Positions 18,083 through 20,765 of a DNA stretch of 20,765 bases are shown here, piece after piece; the stretch's first letter is position 1; each line of letters opens with the position of its first letter. A model generated the notes under the pieces. It worked only from the letters and a program-made list of their open reading frames with translations. It had not been told where the DNA came from and ran no database searches. The DNA comes from Bdellovibrionota bacterium (GTDB taxonomy: Bacteria; Bdellovibrionota; UBA1018; UBA923): contig JBFMCE010000070.1 in assembly GCA_040754655.1 (NCBI GenBank), forward strand, positions 1-20,765. Reading direction: 5' to 3'. A program made the translations under genes and the position numbers.

Positions 18083-19507
18083 TTATTCTTGGCAGGGTTT
18101 TACCGCGGGGTAATACCTTGAAGTTGGTACTGGCTCTAAGAGGTGCTCGCATCCACTACCACCCCTGTCGATATTATCGACTGAACCTCGAATGGCAGAG
18201 TCAATGCGTCTTGCGCCAGGCTTCCAAGACGCTCCTCTGTTGACCGAAGTGCACGTTGCATCACCAGGAGCCAAACTCGCTGAAACAGAAGAAGCCCTTT
18301 CAGTTTTCGCCTTTGGCTCATGCCTTTGCATGAGCTTCCGGCGCAACTCAGCTTCTTTCATATCAATTGTTCCCGACTGATGAACAAAGTCGTTCCTCAA
18401 TCGTATGTCGAACCGCTGATTCCGCTTGGCATTCCAGTCTGAGAGCCTGGGTTGGATAACGCTTAAATTCGATGAAGCACCCACGGGTATCCCGTGCCTG
18501 CGGAGCTGAGATGAAAATTGTTCCTCCGCCTCGATCGAGATTGAAAATGTCTTTTTTTCCGACAAAAACTCCATGCTTCCAAAATGCTCCCCAAGTTTTG
18601 CGTAAAGGGTTCCGTTCCTCAGAGCTATCAAAGAAGCGGCGCCTTCCTTGAGTGCTGTTTCACCTTGGCCAATTTGCCTTTCGCGAGACCGGTAAGAAAA
18701 CCCATCCGCTTTATCAATACGACCGATTTCGATAAAACCGGCATTGCTTGATTCAGCCAAGATCCAAATGACACTTCCGTCAGTGATGAAATCTATGATC
18801 TTATTAGACGTGTATTTTGACAGAGAAAGAGCTTCTATCTTCTCATTTTCAACGAGGATGAGTCTCCTGTCGGTACTCGAGTCAGGCTGGCCTACCATCA
18901 TTCCATAATGAAGAGGCCTGCTGCCGGAAAGCGTTGGGTCATAGTTCGTCTTCAACTTCAAGATCGAATCGCTTACGAGGTATTGTTCAAGGCCCCTCGC
19001 GGTGATCTCCTCAGGCTCTCCTGATCTTGACAGCTGAAATACCCTTCCATCACGGCTTGCGGCGAGAATGCGCGCTTCAGCCGAAGACTCAACACTCACG
19101 AATTCAGCGGAATTCGAAAATTTGGACCAGGTCTTTGACTCACTCTCATAGCGAACAAGAGCGCCATTGAGTATTCCCACTAAAACACCCGGCTCAATCG
19201 CGGTACCGGTGATCTGAAATCCGCTCAATGCATATTGACTTAAAAGACCTGGCATCCCCTCTATTCTGTATATCTTTTGCTCCGATGCCAAAGCAGAGTC
19301 CGTCGTCAGCTCTGATGATCGGATCTCCCAAAGCTCAAGAACCATACCCGATGTTGAACGGTACTGATGAAGCACATAAAGCGGATCCGCAGGTCTACGC
19401 GCATACGCATCCTTAAATGCGCCAAAGAAAGATCCAATGAAAAATGTTAATAGCCAAATATTCGTTGAAATTGAGACTGCCGAGTTTTTCTTCCTGAAGC
19501 CCTTCAT
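18083..19507 (-). CDS. Hypothetical exported protein (474 aa), beta-rich, possibly propeller-like
   Basis: Long ORF; basic N-terminus, hydrophobic stretch and AYA cleavage site; short beta-strand-like segments; no family recognised. Confidence 0.7.
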   Translation of the reverse strand: MKGFRKKNSAVSISTNIWLLTFFIGSFFGAFKDAYARRPADPLYVLHQYRSTSGMVLELWEIRSSELTTDSALASEQKIYRIEGMPGLLSQYALSGFQITGTAIEPGVLVGILNGALVRYESESKTWSKFSNSAEFVSVESSAEARILAASRDGRVFQLSRSGEPEEITARGLEQYLVSDSILKLKTNYDPTLSGSRPLHYGMMVGQPDSSTDRRLILVENEKIEALSLSKYTSNKIIDFITDGSVIWILAESSNAGFIEIGRIDKADGFSYRSRERQIGQGETALKEGAASLIALRNGTLYAKLGEHFGSMEFLSEKKTFSISIEAEEQFSSQLRRHGIPVGASSNLSVIQPRLSDWNAKRNQRFDIRLRNDFVHQSGTIDMKEAELRRKLMQRHEPKAKTERASSVSASLAPGDATCTSVNRGASWKPGARRIDSAIRGSVDNIDRGGSGCEHLLEPVPTSRYYPAVKPCQE

Positions 19508-19518
19508 CTCAAGGGGCT

Positions 19519-19545
19519 ATACTATGGGCCGAATAAACAAGTCAA
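19519..19545 (-). promoter_or_regulatory. Putative sigma70-type promoter for the 474-aa gene
   Basis: Minus strand TTGACT directly after the upstream TAA, then TAGTAT (N15) or TATAGC (N18), 8-11 nt before the ATG; neither spacing is ideal. Confidence 0.4.
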
Positions 19546-19546
19546 A

Positions 19547-20728
19547 TTAGTGAGGCCGCACGAGCACCGGAACCTCATGGGCACGATCACATAATATAGC
19601 TCGCATCGCGTCCACCCTGCGCCCCACATCAGAGACCATGAACTGCGACAGCCGAGCTGAGGTCTCGGCTGACCGGGGAGCAATATGTAAGAATGACGTA
19701 TTGGTCTCGCTCGAGTGGCAACCATTGCACGTGTTCAATGCGAAGACCTTGCGCACCTTTTTCATCTCCTGACCAAGCTCATTTGCCTTGGGAGCCCAGA
19801 CAAACGGCGCGTGTGATTTCGCGCCCAACAACTGACGAGGAACGATGTGCTTTTCCGCCAAAATTTCATCTTTATGGTCAATCATCCATCGGATGAGCTT
19901 GGAATGCTCGTCTTCGATGCTCCCGACATTGAAGTGTTCCGCAGGAGTTTGCTTGGTCGTGGTCATCTTCAGCATCCCGTTACGAGACAATTTGAACTCC
20001 CTCATCTGCCAGGGTGATGCCAAAGAGATCTCATTTGTTCTCAACTGATTGAGGGCACTGTGATTGCGACGACCGGGAAATGAACCTCTTCGGGTAAAGA
20101 GATCTGTGATCTCTTGTAACGCCCTGTTGTACTGCTCTCCGAAAGAATGATTTCCCAGCGCGTGCCATCGCCTCGCCCACGATCTCACCGTGAGCCCCTT
20201 CTTTGGTAGACGAGGAAGGAGGTATTCAAAAATCACAGTGAAGGATAGGGGAGTTCCATTGGGCGCTAAGAAGCTAAAGACAAACCGGCCCTCGCCGGCT
20301 CCTCCTCTGGTGAAGGGCCCCCGATTATCAATTCGGTTCACGATTGCAAGCAATCGCAAGGGGGCTCGGTCAAGATCGAGCCTGCCATCTTCTTTCTTTG
20401 GCCAATCAGAGACGATTTTTTCGATAGCTTTTCTGGGCTCTACCATATCGGACGCGATTTTCTTTGTAAGCATCCACTCGTTCAACCAGCGAAGTACGAA
20501 ATCTGAAGGATGCATGCCTTTTGGCGTGAGCTGTCGCATCAGGTAACCAAAGGTCCAAGGCCCATTCGGGGCATGTGCCCTAGGATCATTCACGACCGAA
20601 AGATCTGTAATCACGAGCTCTTTTTCAGCCCGAATGGGCTCGTGACAATCAGTAGAAGCAAAGGCCGTGACCGAAATCAACCCGATGAAAATACCGAAAG
20701 GAATGTTTCGAAAATGACAAAAGTTCAT
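19547..20728 (-). CDS. Exported protein of unknown function with a single CxxCH (putative monohaem c-type cytochrome; 393 aa)
   Basis: Signal peptide ending AFA; CNGCH at residues 334-338 (19715-19729); AGGGG SD; motif-like blocks RLLAIVNRID, GEGRFVF, FTVIFEY, QLRTNEI, PWQMREF. Confidence 0.8.
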   Translation of the reverse strand: MNFCHFRNIPFGIFIGLISVTAFASTDCHEPIRAEKELVITDLSVVNDPRAHAPNGPWTFGYLMRQLTPKGMHPSDFVLRWLNEWMLTKKIASDMVEPRKAIEKIVSDWPKKEDGRLDLDRAPLRLLAIVNRIDNRGPFTRGGAGEGRFVFSFLAPNGTPLSFTVIFEYLLPRLPKKGLTVRSWARRWHALGNHSFGEQYNRALQEITDLFTRRGSFPGRRNHSALNQLRTNEISLASPWQMREFKLSRNGMLKMTTTKQTPAEHFNVGSIEDEHSKLIRWMIDHKDEILAEKHIVPRQLLGAKSHAPFVWAPKANELGQEMKKVRKVFALNTCNGCHSSETNTSFLHIAPRSAETSARLSQFMVSDVGRRVDAMRAILCDRAHEVPVLVRPH

Positions 20729-20765
20729 AAATTGCCCCTAATCCCGAAAGAATTTTACCCCTAGC

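Noticed and set aside
19547..20728. CxxCH protein as the redox partner of the complex I-like enzyme
   Set aside because: It is 12 kb away, separated by unrelated genes, and is exported, whereas the B/C/D/I module faces the cytoplasm; no supporting evidence.
484..20764. Numerous 60-217 aa antisense or alternate-frame ORFs (e.g. 8801-9454, 6666-7193, 3362-3868)
   Set aside because: All overlap well-supported genes and show no recognisable motifs; treated as shadow ORFs.
1..20765. tRNA/rRNA, CRISPR arrays, IS elements, tandem repeats
   Set aside because: Intergenic gaps are all under 70 bp and no repeat arrays or transposase/integrase motifs were seen by eye.

Overview
Bacterial housekeeping region of roughly 50% GC. 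Gene order and protein style suggest a Bdellovibrionota/Oligoflexia or other deltaproteobacterial-like genome (inference). The left third (minus strand) is a tightly coupled complex I-like operon nuoA-B-C-D-H-I-J-K-L-M(truncated by the window edge) with no nuoEFG. The most striking signal is that every reading frame is intact and the Fe-S wire is preserved (NuoB N2 cysteines, both NuoI 4Fe-4S motifs), yet the conserved charged residues of the proton-pumping axis appear substituted in all six visible membrane subunits (NuoA, H, J, K, L, M). The NuoD quinone-site His/Asp pair is also remodelled. This looks like a non-pumping or repurposed complex I paralogue. Divergently, across a 49-bp AT-rich spacer, the plus strand carries mfd, a parvulin/PrsA-type PPIase, a surA-like gene, pdxA, a phosphomanno/glucomutase and a uvrA whose insertion domain is replaced by a short acidic linker. 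Two convergent minus-strand genes encode exported proteins of unknown function, one with a single CxxCH haem-binding motif. No RNA genes, mobile elements or CRISPR arrays were seen. All residue equivalences were aligned by eye against E. coli/Thermus sequences recalled from memory and need computational confirmation.
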